Below, piece after piece: positions 1 to 12,874 of a stretch of DNA of 64,000 bases. Position 1 is the stretch's first letter; the number at the start of each line of letters is the position of its first letter. Under the pieces are notes generated by a model, which searched no databases, was not told the DNA's origin, and was given only the letters and a program-made list of their open reading frames with translations. The translations under genes were made by a program, and so were the position numbers. The stretch comes from Hydrolagus affinis. Taxonomy: Eukaryota. The stretch covers positions 62,001-126,000 of the forward strand of contig JAAILG010000025.1 of the NCBI GenBank assembly GCA_012026655.1, in the 5' to 3' direction.

Positions 1-1569
1 TTTTGTTTGTGCAAGCGTTTGAGACATATGAAAGTCTCTGTAACACAATATCTGTTGTAGGGGTAAAGAAAACAAAATAATTATTTGGTTAACTTGCGTT
101 CCTCTTAAGAGACTTGTGATAGTGTCTCAATTTCCTCAATACAACTTCCTTATTGCTGTTTGTAGTGTTATTGAGTAGCTATGCAAACTCACTAGACTTT
201 GGTATATTAACTTGTGTAATTCCCTGCACTGGGTGGATTGTGCTCTGCAGTCTCAAAGCCTTCACTTGGGAGGGAGAGAATTAAGAAAACACTTTGAGGA
301 AATGTCAATCAAAGAAACTGAAACCCGTTCTAAATGTTAACTCGAAAAACGCTAATTCCTCAGATACTGTTGCTAAATCATTCCTCAGGGTGTGTAGAAG
401 TGGCTGTCTGCTTTCTAGGCATTGAAGGAGGGAAAGAGCTAATGTTATGTGTTGCTCATAACCTTTATGTGGTTGAATTTTATGACACCGTTTCAAGCTT
501 GGTTTTAATTATAACTGTTTCAGCATTGATGGTGTCAGTGAGGGCTGGTGTTAAGAAAAGGGAGAAACTATGAGGAATGGTTGTGCCAATGAGACTGAGA
601 TAATAGCTCAGGTGAATGGGATAGATAGCAGCTAAGGTGAAAGGGAGAGAGGTGGAGAAAGATGTGACAACCACAGCTGGATAATGGAACATCCTTGAAT
701 GATTTAGCACTGATAGCGAGAGATGGTGCCATGACATGAACGCTTCTTTTTAAAAAAAAAAATATTATACAAACGCTGGAATTTCTTTTTCTACTTTGAA
801 TATCCGAGTCCCAGAATAATTTTCTGAAATTGTAAAGGTTGGTACTCATTTGTGCCAACAGCAAGAAAGCAGCTAAGCCTTGGTGGCTGTGTGACAGGCT
901 CAGGTACAGATATTATTTGTCAGTACAAAGTTGCACTGCCATTGACTTTTCTCGCACAGCCTCATTACCACAAAACCAATTAAACGTAGCAACATGGTGC
1001 ACAATTCCTGTGAATTGGAGGGGGAAAAAAAACGCTTTTGACTAAATTAATGTTTACTTCACATTTGCAATTATAAGCCACAAAAACACAAAATTATTAT
1101 GTACTTGGAAGTATTACCACAGAAATGAACTTCTCCTGTGTTGTGACCCGGTTCTCGAACTCCCCAGTATTTTGTTTGTCGTAACAAGTACGTGCGTTAG
1201 AGTGAACACCTCGAGTGTAATGTGGGAATGTTGGAACGAAGGAATGATAGCCTATCCAAACAAGTAATGCTTTTAAAGTAATTCAATCATTATCGTGTAC
1301 TTTGCAAACATACACAAAATGCAATTTTTCCCCCTAATTGATTCAACTTTATAGTCAAGGGACGTATCCATTTTGCTGCTGGGTAGCAAAGTAAACTGAC
1401 CAGAAGCAAATGTCAAAGTATTTATCACAGTGTCAATGGGTCAAAAAGCTGAGTACCATTTATTAGGTGTTTATGTCATTTGAAACTTGTGTAGGTCCAT
1501 TTCATGCATTAGCTGAAGACTTACTATCACTAAGTACTTGGCAATCGAACCTGATATTTTATTTCATGA

Positions 1570-1890
1570 AAACAACTACAACAACGTGCATTTATGTAGC
1601 GCCCTCCACTCCAGATGTTGCCTCAGAGCGCTTCACAAAAGCGGTTGGAGTATTTTAGGGACAGGTCGGGTAGGTGTAGGTGGAGGAGGTGAGAGCTGCG
1701 GGACTGAAGAAGTCAATGAGAGCCAGAGTATGGCTTCCGTCTTGTCAATGTTTAGCCACCGGAAGTTTGCGCTCATCCAGCTCTTGATGTCTGACCGACA
1801 AGCTGACAGAACATCAGGGACTGGGGGGATCGCAATTTGAGGTGGAAAAGTAGATTTAAGTGTCACCTGCATGCATACATGTGGAAATTT
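1570..1890 (-). mobile_element. Rearranged L2 fragment (end of RT joined to 3' tail)
   Basis: LSACRSDIKSWMSANFRWLNIDKTEAIL (end of RT domain) lies only ~90 bp from an L2-type tail with (AAC)n at 1570-1636. Confidence 0.75.
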
Positions 1891-2233
1891 AATAAGAAAG
1901 AGAAATGATGATAATCAATGAAGGTGTTACTGTAGGACTTTCTGAGGTTCTGCAGAACAGGGGGTGTGGGCACTATTTATGTTGCCACTGTACTCACTGG
2001 AATTAACGATGGCCCTGGGGATATTACAGATAATATGAGCATCTATTTCTTGTCACACCCTTGGACCCAGTCCTGGGGTAGTAATTGGCAGAGATTTGTT
2101 GGCTCACACCTGTCTCTTGATGCCTTTGAGGTAATAAGTTGAATACTCCTAGGAATCAAGGCTGAAGCAAAACAAGGTTTACCCTCGATTTTTAATCATC
2201 AGCCTCATGGTTAAACCTTCACATTTGTTAACA

Positions 2234-2365
2234 TGCCAGCGGATCAAATTCCAGATCCTTGACCTCACGTCCCAATCACCCTCACAATCCTCACCCCCAA
2301 CCTACCTCCTCGACCTCCTATATCCCCACCTCTGCTCAGTGAATACTGGCCTGCTTCATTCCCCT
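2234..2365 (+). mobile_element. L2 LINE fragment
   Basis: QRIKFQILDLT...PTYLLDLL...TGLLH. Confidence 0.65.
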
Positions 2366-3996
2366 TATCTTCCCTACACCCCACCCCACCACCCACCCCA
2401 TCTTTAAAACTTGTCTTAAGAGCGTTGGTTAACAAAATGACTCTCTTGACTGTTGGTGTGGGTTGGTGCATGACCTGAAAAGCAAGTTCACACACATTCT
2501 GCAAAGACTTGTGGGAGAGAGTGTTGCTGTTGATTTCCGCTTTTCAAAACAAATGGAACCAGTTTTTCTTTCCCCTTTGAAATAGGATGAGCTTTAAAAT
2601 ACATGGTGCAGATAACTTCGGATCACCATTGCTGGACTGTTTTAAGAAACAGATGGGTAAGGCCAATACATTTAAAAAGAAATTTATTGGGCAATTGATG
2701 TAATTTTAAAAAAATGTTCTTTAATGAGTTGTGACAAATGTTATGGTCGGAGTATTGCTTCACTGTGTTTGTCATTTGAGTAAGTGCAATTTTACACTGT
2801 TTCTAGGATTTGCATGAGCAGGAAAAATACATTCCATTAGGTCTTTCAACACAATTTGTCTGAGATCAAATTGGAAGTTTCTAAAACATTTATAAGGTTT
2901 TCATTGCTTGATATTTTTGCTGTCAGTTTTGTAAAAGTTAATTTTTTTTAGTAGAATTATGATAATAAGTGGCTCGATGAACAGCATCCATTTAATTATT
3001 TACACTGTACGACTGAAATATCAAGCAAAAATACTCTAGTCGCGTTTGAATTTTTTATTGGCTCAATGGATTTTAGTGCAATGTAATGCTATTCTGAAAC
3101 AGTGTTTTCCACAAAGCCTGCGTCCGCATTGGTGAACATTTAACACCGTAATCACAGTATAATCTCTGATTTGTCTGCACAACGATTGGCCAAAGAGATC
3201 AAACAAAGTAGTCAAGTGGCTCTGTGTTACTTCCAAACAACAGCCGAATTGATATAATCCAAAATCCAGTGTACGTAAGCCATGACATCCATTGAAAACT
3301 TCTCTTCAAAGTCAATTTTCCCAGTGTGGCATTGTTCGTTGTGCCTCACTTGACTACCTAGCATAATGAGGACATTCCCCACATGTTCACAGATGATGCC
3401 GCTGTGTTGGTTTAAATAATTGGATTTTGTAGGGAAGCTGATCCGCAGTGGTGAGCTAATATTTTTAATTACATCCTCATGTATTTTGCTAATTCAATTG
3501 CTAACAATGCTTCTCAGTCTCTTACTTCATCCAGTCAGCACTCTCTGCACTTATTTATTTAGGCCATTGAGTTACTATAACTTTTTTTTTTGGAAACAAA
3601 ACCTTGCTGTAAGCCAGAGCCGGATAAAAAAAAATTCTCTGAAATCCCTGACCTAGTTTATTAATGAAAATACTTGCGGTTGAGTTCAGTTTTGTCTGCT
3701 TCCTTGCACCTCGTTCTCTCCAGCTTGTTTCTTTTTTAGTTTTCTGATTTCACTTATCTGATTTGATGTCCCACCAACAACAATTTGCATTTATATAGTG
3801 GGCATCATGCACAATGGTGTCTTGGAGCAAACAACAATTAATAACAAATTCATCCATTCCTACCAATTTGAATGAAAGAGTAATTTTGACCAGGACATTG
3901 GAAGATATGTCTCATCCTCTTCGAAAGGATGACATTGGATTCTTGAACTATTTTACCAACTGAATACCAGAACAGACAGACAACACCTTGGTTTAT

Positions 3997-4096
3997 TAAT
4001 AATAATAATAATCTTGGCATCTGATATAACGCCTTATCACGTTTTTCAGACGTCTCAAAGAGCTTCACAGAATATACTGCAAAGTTAATTGACTGT
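3997..4096 (-). mobile_element. SINE 3' fragment
   Basis: (AAT)n...GACGTCTCAAAGAGCTTCACAGAATATACTG. Confidence 0.8.
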
Positions 4097-5003
4097 TTAA
4101 CATCCTATCCGATGGGCGGTTGGTGCGTGAATGCACGACCTTCTGCTTATTCAGCCTATGAACTGGGTGGGGAGGGGTGGCGGGGTGGCACAGGGAATTT
4201 GAGGTGAGAATCTGGGTTTTTATTTATTTTTTAAAAAAGGCACAAATGTATATTTTAAAGATCGATCATAAAAGAATATTTTGAGAATGTGAACAACCAT
4301 CGAGCAAAGACGGCATGAAACAATGCAGAACGTACGCAATCACAGCTGAGCTCTGAAGCAGCAGACGCGTGTTGTACAGATGGTTTGATTGTGCAATTGC
4401 ATGAATCCCACAGGATTAACGGGGATGGTTAAGGGAGACAGTTTTGCCTCCAGCCAAATGGGCATGTGGTTTCCACCAGCAAAATAGGTGCTAAAACAGA
4501 TGGAAAATAGGTGGACCAATGGTGTTCTTTTAATACTAAACGCTTGTATCAAAGCACATCTGAAGCCTTTAGCTGGGAAAATGCATGCTAGGAGCTGAGC
4601 AAGAGAGAATATTTGAGTCTGACCTACATAGACTGTATTAGAATTATATCATAACACAACAGCATGAGGTACTGATTTAAAATGTTTTGAATTTTATTGC
4701 AGTTATATCGAGCTTTGAATGTTAACAACCACAACTTGCATTTCTGTAGCGCGCTTCACGTGGGGTAGAGTCTCGGACGGCTGTAAACATGTGTCTTAAA
4801 ATTAAATCTTCCAATCTGAATCTCGTTTTGGTAACACTTTCTGAACTTTATGGACCAAAGAAGCTAATAGGGTTTGGTGGGAGATGCTTTATTCTTCCAA
4901 ATTACTGCTTAATAGTACAAATTGTTTGAGATTATTTGCATGTTCCCTCAATGTTATACAGTAATGGGAGCTGATTGCTTACTGGTTCAGTTGTTTCTTT
5001 TTA

Positions 5004-5337
5004 CTGTGCCCGCCCCCTCCGCCCGGCAGGCTCCGGTCTACTCCATGTCCCCTGACTCACCCGCCCTACCATTGGCGGGCGAGCCTTGAGCCACTCTGCC
5101 CCCAACCTCTGGAACGCCATCCCACATTCCTTCCACCTCTCCCCCCCCCCCACCTCCCAGGCCTCCTTTAAGTCCCACCTCAAGATCCTCCTCTTCGACA
5201 ATCCCATCGGTCACCCCAAATCCCCCTCCCCTTCCCTCCCCCCATGTCCCCAGCTCGGGTCTTAAACAGTGACTGTCCAGCGCCGTGGGACGTCCTCCTG
5301 ATGTGAAAGGCGCTGTACAAGTGTCATTTTGTTGTTG
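5004..5337 (+). mobile_element. L2 LINE 3' end
   Basis: GGRALSHSAPNLWNAIP-type coding end, pyrimidine-rich 3' UTR, GGGACGTCCTCCTGATGTGAAAGGCGCTG and (GTT)n tail. Confidence 0.85.
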
Positions 5338-6334
5338 GGTTCAACCGCTGTGCCAGACCTTGTCATTTGATATTTAGTTTTATCCACTGATAACAACAAC
5401 AAATTACATTTATAGAGCGCCTTTCACGTCGGGAGGACGATTGTACGAACGTGAATTCTTCATTTCATAATGAGACGATGGTTTTGAAAATACATTGTTC
5501 TTTGCATAGGTTTTTTCCAATGGCATTTCTTTTTGAGCAAGTTATATGAAAGCTACACTGTACAGATCTGCTGCTTGATCATTAGCTGCAATGTACTGAC
5601 CCCTGCAGGCACTCCTTTCTCATTGCACCTCCACAAAGCTTGCCTTTGACATTGATAGTCTCAAATGAGGCAATATTCCAATTAAAGAGCTAATTTTCAG
5701 CTTGATTGTACAAACAGCGGTAACACTGCCAATACGATAAGTAATCCGCTGGTAGTCTGCAAAGTGGCAAAAGGCCCATTTTTGCCCTGAGTTGATGCTT
5801 CCAACATTGAAAAATAACAATAAAAATTGGAAGGAAATGAACGGCTTCGATTAGAAAATTTGTAGACAGGAGGAATCAATCTTGGCTTTTTTTTTTGTCA
5901 GTGTTTTCACAAGAGCTGATGTGGTGATAAATGCGACTTTGTTTTGGGGGCATTGGTGGATTTTTATCGACCTTGGCCCATGCGAGGGACACTGGGTTTG
6001 GGACTCGTTTGTGAAACAGCGTGTGGCTTGTCACCTCTGAGCCCTTGAGATTGCTTCCTGGAGATAGAGAAATTCAAGAGCAAAGCTTTCTGTTTGGCTC
6101 CATCCGTTGGCACAAACACGGTGTGCTGGCAGAAGAAGTAGCATTGACTCTACAGTCTGAGCATTCATTCCACTGTGACGAGAGGAAACTCAAAATCAAT
6201 AATATCATGCAGATTTTGCAGTTCATCTCTGTGTTCAGTTCTAAGGCATTTCTCATGGGCTGAACTTCAAGCAATACAATTCACTATCATGCGTCACTTG
6301 AGAAAATTCTTCTATTTAGTGTGGAAAACCATTG

Positions 6335-6530
6335 AGGCTCGGACCAGGAGCAATTTCAGAGGGAGTGGGGAGGGGGGACGGGGGGAGGGAAAGATGACGA
6401 AAGTAGGGTCAAAGAGGTGTCCTCTGAGACGGAGAGAGGGAGGGAGCCGGAGGGATTCTTGAATGGAGTTCCAAAGAGTGGGGGCAGAATGGCTGCAAGT
6501 CCCCCCAGCCAGTGGTGGGGTGGGTAAGGT
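6335..6530 (-). mobile_element. L2 LINE 3' fragment
   Basis: GGTCSHSAPTLWNSIQESLRLPPSL...HLFD. Confidence 0.75.
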
Positions 6531-7967
6531 GCTGGACAACTGCTGAGTGAATGGAGAACTTATTAGTCTAATCTTTCATAATAGCTTTTTAAATCTTTCG
6601 TATCCAAACTCCATTTTAAGTTTGGGTTGCCGATGTACAGTATTCGAGTGTATTTTTGTGTGCAGTTGTTTTTCTGAGTAGTGTTCTGATGTTGCTTTGG
6701 TTTTACACTGTCCAATCAACTTGATGTAAACACTTCTTTTCATGAAAGCTGTTTTTAGCTTGAAAGCTTGTCTCTGAATCGCTTTGGAAAAGTGGTCGCA
6801 TTCTTCCCATAGTATTTATAATACCACGCACAAAGTATCCAAACGCTTGGCCAAAAAAACAGCCTGAAAAGGGTTCGAAGTGCAGCAAACTATTTATAAT
6901 AATTGGCAATCCTGAGAGCTTGTATTCACTGTCTTCTCAGTTGAGTGCTTCTACCGAGCGAGTGTCAAGGCTACGCAAATAAATCATTTTAAAAACGGTT
7001 TGCGTGAATAATTTTCATTTAAAAAATATATATTGGTTTGAAAATGCCATCAGCCCTTCCTCACAGACCTGCGGCTCTGACCATTGAGATCTAACAGCAG
7101 GTTTATTACTGGGATTCCATTTGCTCAAGTATTTCTGAACGTTTTCTGGATTCTAGGAGAGTCTATGATTGGAATTTTCCATTTCTTTCAGAGGATCATA
7201 TTGTAGAGCATTTTGTACAGTGGATATGAACCGATGATGTTCAAAATTGCTGACTGTTAACAAGGAAGAAATAAGCTAGCTGGGGAAAAAAATGTGATGC
7301 CTGGATGAAATTCTAAGTGTCCTTAAATAGCTGTCTAATGCCTCTTTAGAGGCTGTGGAGTTTAGCGATCTGTCACACACACGATTATACAAAGTACATC
7401 AATCCTTTTAACTATTAAAGAGCTATTATACGTGGGATGTAACAATTTGGTTCAGGAAACGCTTGGAGACTAAGTCTTCCGCTACATTGAATTACATTTG
7501 GCGCTCTGCTTAACATCTTGGGTTAAGAGGCCACTGGCTAGTCGCGAGCAAGTTCTTTGCTTGCCTTTTGAGAATTTATGCCCTGAAGGGTATTGCTCAT
7601 TGGCGAAAACTTAATGTACAGTGTATCGCAAGATGGTTGGGAAAAGAAGCCCTCAAGGAGTCGGATAATTTGAAGAACTCAAACAAGATTTGCCAAGATT
7701 TGGTTTGCCGTGCCACGGACAGTTAGAGCGCTGCTCACACAGCGGATGCTGGTGCTTTTTTCCCCCCTTATTAAATAATAATAAAAAAGCACGTTTTGAC
7801 AGACCAGTAGATTGATTTTCATTTTGCTGAAATTCATTGCAGAATGTATAAACACCAACTTCTGGTCAACATTGGGTTAGTATTGACTGCTCTGTGCGGC
7901 ATCACCTGGTTATACGGACTGTAACTGCTACACATTGTAACAGGCCCTTTTGAAAATTTGTATCAGA

Positions 7968-8030
7968 TACAACAACAACAACTATGATTTCTATAGCATC
8001 CTCCACGCCGGATGGCGTCTCAGCGCTTCA
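7968..8030 (-). mobile_element. Isolated L2-type 3' tail
   Basis: (CAA)n...CTCCACGCCGGATGGCGTCTCAGCGCTT. Confidence 0.7.
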
Positions 8031-8284
8031 AATTCATTCAAAATCCAATTCATTTGATTCTATGTTAAGTTATATATAGTTATTCTATAATTTACATCGC
8101 AAGTGATTGAGCGATAATAAAGCCACTTATGGAGCACACAACACTGTGTGTAGGTGGGTGAGAAGGAATATTTTTCTGCACCAAGGAAAACTTCTTTCTC
8201 TTTGCACTGTTCTCCCTTCCACTCTGCCGGAACACGTGAGACTTGTGTTTTGCTTGTGTAGGGATATAGTTGCCCAGGTGCCAA

Positions 8285-8390
8285 CAATAATACTAATAAT
8301 GATAATAATAATCCCTGCATTTGATATACTGTAAAGTGAATTGACTGTATGTTTGTGGGTGAAACGCGGCAGCCAATTGCGCACAGCAGT
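8285..8390 (-). mobile_element. SINE 3' fragment with internal deletion
   Basis: (AAT)n CCCTGCATTTGATATACTGTAAAGTGAATTGACTG...GCAGCCAATTGCGCACAGC. Confidence 0.8.
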
Positions 8391-8684
8391 CACCCTGAAA
8401 TACCTTGTCCAACTGATCATTATTCATGTGTCAGCTTTTAGCGTTGGCGGTTTATAGGGACTATCAGGAAATTCAGTGGTTGTTATGGGTTGCCTTTTTA
8501 ATGAAACTCAACAGATCTGAGAGAAATGAATATCATTTTCAAAGGGAAGGGGGTGGATTCTGGTATTTCTAATACATATGCCTGCATATTAATTCTCGTG
8601 TAATTGTCTTGTCTTAACATGTTGTTGTAATACCTCTAAGCACTTCACAGGAATTGTACTGTGAAGTCAAGTGACTACTTTTTT

Positions 8685-8800
8685 TGTAGGTGAAAACAGC
8701 AGCCAATTTGCACACAGCAATGTCACACAAACAGAAATGAAGAGCTTGACCAATTTGATGCACCCTTCTCTTCTTGAATAGTGCCATGGCATCTTTGGCC
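8685..8800 (-). mobile_element. Deu-domain SINE relic (short)
   Basis: GCAGCCAATTTGCACACAGCAA...CTTCTTGAATAGTGCCATGGCATCTTT, similar to 52835-53050. Confidence 0.6.
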
Positions 8801-8869
8801 GTCAACAATACAGCACTCCTCCCTCCCACCACTCACGACACACATACACACTTAGATTATAGATTATAG

Positions 8870-8980
8870 TTTCTCCCACAAAATATACAGTCAATTCACT
8901 TTACAGTATATTCTGTGAAGCGCTCTGAGACATCTCGAGGACGTGATAAGGTGCGATATCAAATGCAAGGATTATTATTA
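8870..8980 (+). mobile_element. SINE 3' fragment
   Basis: CCCACAAAATATACAGTCAATTCACTTTACAG...CAAATGCAAGG(ATT)n. Confidence 0.85.
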
Positions 8981-10303
8981 TAACTTCCAGAATGTCAGAA
9001 AAATATCAAGGCATTTGTACTCAAAGTGAATGAAATAGTACGATTCCCTATATGTACATTGCTGCAGCAAAAAAATATTCAAAGAAAACATTCAGTATGA
9101 CTTTTTTGTTAGATATCTCCAAAAGTAATATTATTAAATAGAATCCTGTTTTTTTTCCAACTGTTTCCAGCACTGTAGAAAATTAAGATTTTCAAAAAAA
9201 CTATTATCCAACTATAATAAGCTTTTGTCTCCCAACAAACTCTTAATGCTTTTACTAAAATTGAAACCAAAACAGTAGCTGAGTTCAAAAGGTGACTGCT
9301 CGGAATCCGTTAGACCGCAAAATGTTTATTTTGTCACAAAATAAAAACGTTAGGCCAGCGATGTAAGCAAAAGGATTGCACAGTTTGAATTCGGAGATTA
9401 CTTGGCACTCTCTGAAATGTCTCTTACTGTATTTGCCAACTCCTGCTGCTCACCAGTACTGGGACTTTTGGACACAGTTTATTTTTCTTTCCATGTACTG
9501 CTGGCGTTTGAACAACATCAAGGTGACCGAAACCCCCCCGAATTTAAATGGTACACCATATGCTTACACTGTAACAGATACAGTGTGTTCCAAGCTTACA
9601 TCCAAATTGGGAACGATTGGTACAGTTTTGGTATGTATTTTTTCATTAAAAAATCCAGTGGGAATGCTATCATTAAAATTATTTAATTTACATCAATTTT
9701 AATGAGTATTTTAAAATTGCGTGCCCATTCACGACTCGGGAGTTAACGTTTTACTCACCTATGGTATTGTGAGTGTTCTGAGTTGCTATTTTTATTGATG
9801 CAGATATACATCCATGTCAATATTTTTTTAAATTACAATTGAATTGAAACCAATTTTATCATAGAATCAATTGTGCCACTATGTGATGTCCTGTAAGAAA
9901 TCCGCTTAAATCTGAGCCAAATGTTTTGAATGGTGCCATGTTTGGATGTCTTGTGGTGAAAATTACTAATTATTTTTTTGCACAGAGAAGTTAACTCACA
10001 CGGACTGACTTGTACCGAGCTTTCCATTGAGGTTGTTAAAAATGAAAGGAATTGTAATCGTAACAGTTCCGTTTGATTGATTGTTTCAGTTAAAATCTCA
10101 ACCAGGTTCAACCCCAGATTCAAGGTTCAACTTTCATTCTAATGCATTGTGTTAACAATGGCCCTCGATGGTGAGCATTTGTACTTGTATTGACTACCAA
10201 TGAATGTCAGAAAACATTACAATCATTCACCTGTAGCCAGAATCTTGTTCTGAGAACAGAATACAGGGCTGAGTATTGATTGCACAGGGCAGTGTATATA
10301 CCT

Positions 10304-10506
10304 AAAACAACAACAGAAATCCTTGGGAACACTCAGCAGGTCAGGCAGCGTCTATGGAGAAAGGAAAGTGAGTCTGTGAAGTGTTCACAGGAGTGTTCTG
10401 AAGTAGGGTCGTGGACCCAAAACGTTGACGCACTTTCCTTTTCCCAGCAAAAGCGATCTGTTTTTGTTTCAGACTTCCAGCATCCCCAGCACAGTATTTT
10501 GTGTTC
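10304..10506. mobile_element. Degenerate second copy of the palindromic Penelope-like element
   Basis: ACTCAGCAGGTCAGGCAGCGTCTATGGAGAAAGGAAA ... GTTCTGAAGTAGGGTCGTGGACCCAAAACGTTGAC ... TCTGTTTTTGTTTCAGACTTCCAGCATC matches 37385-37615. Confidence 0.75.
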
Positions 10507-10910
10507 GGTGTATACACCTATTTAGCCCTTTGAGAGAAATTATTGTGAGTCTTCAGTACATAAAAGTACAGATCACTGCTGTTTCTACGAGGAATTGATT
10601 CATCTTTTCTAATGAATACTTCATTGCAGTATTAGTAATTCTCTCTCAGTTTTTTTTTAATGCAATTCTCTTTACAAACAGCAGAAGGAGCCAGAATAAC
10701 ATTCCGTGCTGCATTAAGGCACTTTATGAAGGGAAACAGTTCATCCAACCGAACAGAATTGTTTGTTACACGTAGCAGTAAACTGCATTAAAAATTCAAC
10801 ACATCTTTCAATACCTTTAAAATGCAGAACAGGATCACCAGAGACGTCTCGATGAAGCAGGCGCTGGGGCCCATTCAATCTCACCTTTCTGGAATACCTG
10901 ACGGGATATC

Positions 10911-10993
10911 CATGCAGTTCACATGCTCAATTAACACATAAAATGTAACCTACTGTTACATTTTATGTGTTAATTGAGCATTTGAGCTGCATG
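10911..10993. repeat. Inverted repeat / hairpin
   Basis: Perfect 27-bp arms 10923-10949 / 10955-10981 with a 5-nt loop, extending to 39 bp with 2 mismatches. Confidence 0.9.
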
Positions 10994-12559
10994 AAAAACC
11001 GTGAGTTTTTTCCTTGGGGGAGGAGAGTTGAAAAAAATGAAAACTGAAATATTATTTTGACCTCTTGTAAAATTAAGCATTCAGAGCGTTTCCTCAGAAA
11101 ACCTACAGACCTACAGATAAAGAATTGCATTGCCCAGAAAAGTGTTCAATCTCTTCCCTAGTTTGGGCAGCAAATAATTATTGCAGATAAGCGGCCTTGG
11201 AGTATTGAGAGAGAAGGTAGTGTTGAATTTGCGCTCACTTGTCCTGTGTGTCTGTCTGTGTGTGTGGGGGAGAGCAGATGACGCTGCAGTATATGGTTAT
11301 TGCTAACCTTGCTGACAGGCTGAGATTGATATTGGCAGGCGTTGGGGACAGGCTGGAACTGCTTGATAAGGCAGGAAGTGAACCCAATGTCAAATTAATC
11401 CCATCTCAAGTGGAGGAATGTGACTTATGCCAGAAATTAGCTTGGCAACGCTCAACTGAAGCCAAGAGAGGGGGGAAAAAAAAGTATATCCTTTGTCATG
11501 TTCAACTAAACAAATAAACTTGTACTGCATTAGCCTTCTAAGAGCCATAGCATCACATTTTTCCAGTAAATTTTTCCCGAACCCAATTGCCTTTCCCCCC
11601 TACCCCCCCAAAGTCTGCCAAATGGTTACTAAATGTTACGACCGTGCCATCAAAATAATGCAATTCAGTGAATTAGTTTACTGTTTAGCAACACTGTCAT
11701 GCTCCTGGCTCCATATTAAGGAGCCTCTGAGATAGATTCCGTTCCTTGAACATCCAAGAATAGTTTGCTTCAAAGTTTCACCTCGAGTCGTTTTCCCCCC
11801 ATTTGTGCGAGTGAAACCACACATACATATATTTAATGGGAGGAGTGGGGATTCTTGATACTAAAAGCAGCTGGTCAACAAGGAGTACAGACATCTAATG
11901 GATTTCAAACTGATTCTCAAGGTTATAGAGTCTGCATTTTTGCTAGAAATGTTGCTTCAAAATTCACTGCGGTTAATTTCTTTTGAAAGAAGAAATGATA
12001 CAAAGTCAAAATGTTGCTGGATGTATTTTATAGGGTTATTCACTTGTGAAATGCAACAATCATTGCAAACCCCAGATACACAGATCAAATAAATCATCTA
12101 CTATAGAACCACACACATTAAATAGATAAAATAAGCTTTTTATTTGTTAAATATTTGTGAAGCTATGACACAGGGAGAAGGAATTGGAATATAAACGGAA
12201 ATTGTTGATAAGCTTTTATCAACAAGCTATTATTGAGTTTTTCCTTGGATTACCTCTAGGATTCAGAGAGAAGTTGTACGATACTTTTCGTCAGAGGATG
12301 AAGTTTGGATTGAAGCATCGGACTGAATAGGTTTTCTGTGTTGCAGAGGGAATGGACTTGTTGGGGTTGTATCAGTTATTCCATATGTTATGTTCTGAAG
12401 TTGCTTGTGGTTGACTAAGTATTGTTACGTTATGATCTGTGTGGAACATAGTTTCCCATAAACCCTTCTGGCTAGTTTCTCTGGCAAAACTATGTGAGTG
12501 AGACCAGATTGAGTGAACATGGGACTCCAGATTCAGACCGGGTGCCACACAATCTTCTT

Positions 12560-12874
12560 GTCCTGCAGCTGAGTGGTTAGAGCCCTAGCCTTACAAGCAT
12601 GAGACCTGTGTTCGAATCCAGGCAGATCAGGGCGAAACCTTGGGCAAGTTTCCTCACTCCACATGCCTAATATAATCCCTCCGAAAAAAAAACCACAATA
12701 ATAAAATTGGTCATTTCAATCCTCGACTGTTTGTGGGACTCTGCTATGCGCACTTGGCTGCCGCGTTTCGCCCACAAATATACAGTCAATTCACTTACAG
12801 TATATTCTGCGAAGCGCTTTGAGGCGTCTCAAAGACATCATAAGGCTGTATATCCAATGCAATGATTATTATTA
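12560..12874 (+). mobile_element. Near full-length copy of the tRNA-SINE
   Basis: Colinear with 34751-35080: tRNA head, GTTCGAATCC, body, (ATT)n tail. Confidence 0.9.

Noticed and set aside
500-740. Very old L2 relic on the minus strand
   Set aside because: Faint resemblance only; too diverged to support by eye.
7700-7725. REST/RE1 site (CCACGGACAG)
   Set aside because: Only the right half matches; the TTCAGCACC half is absent.
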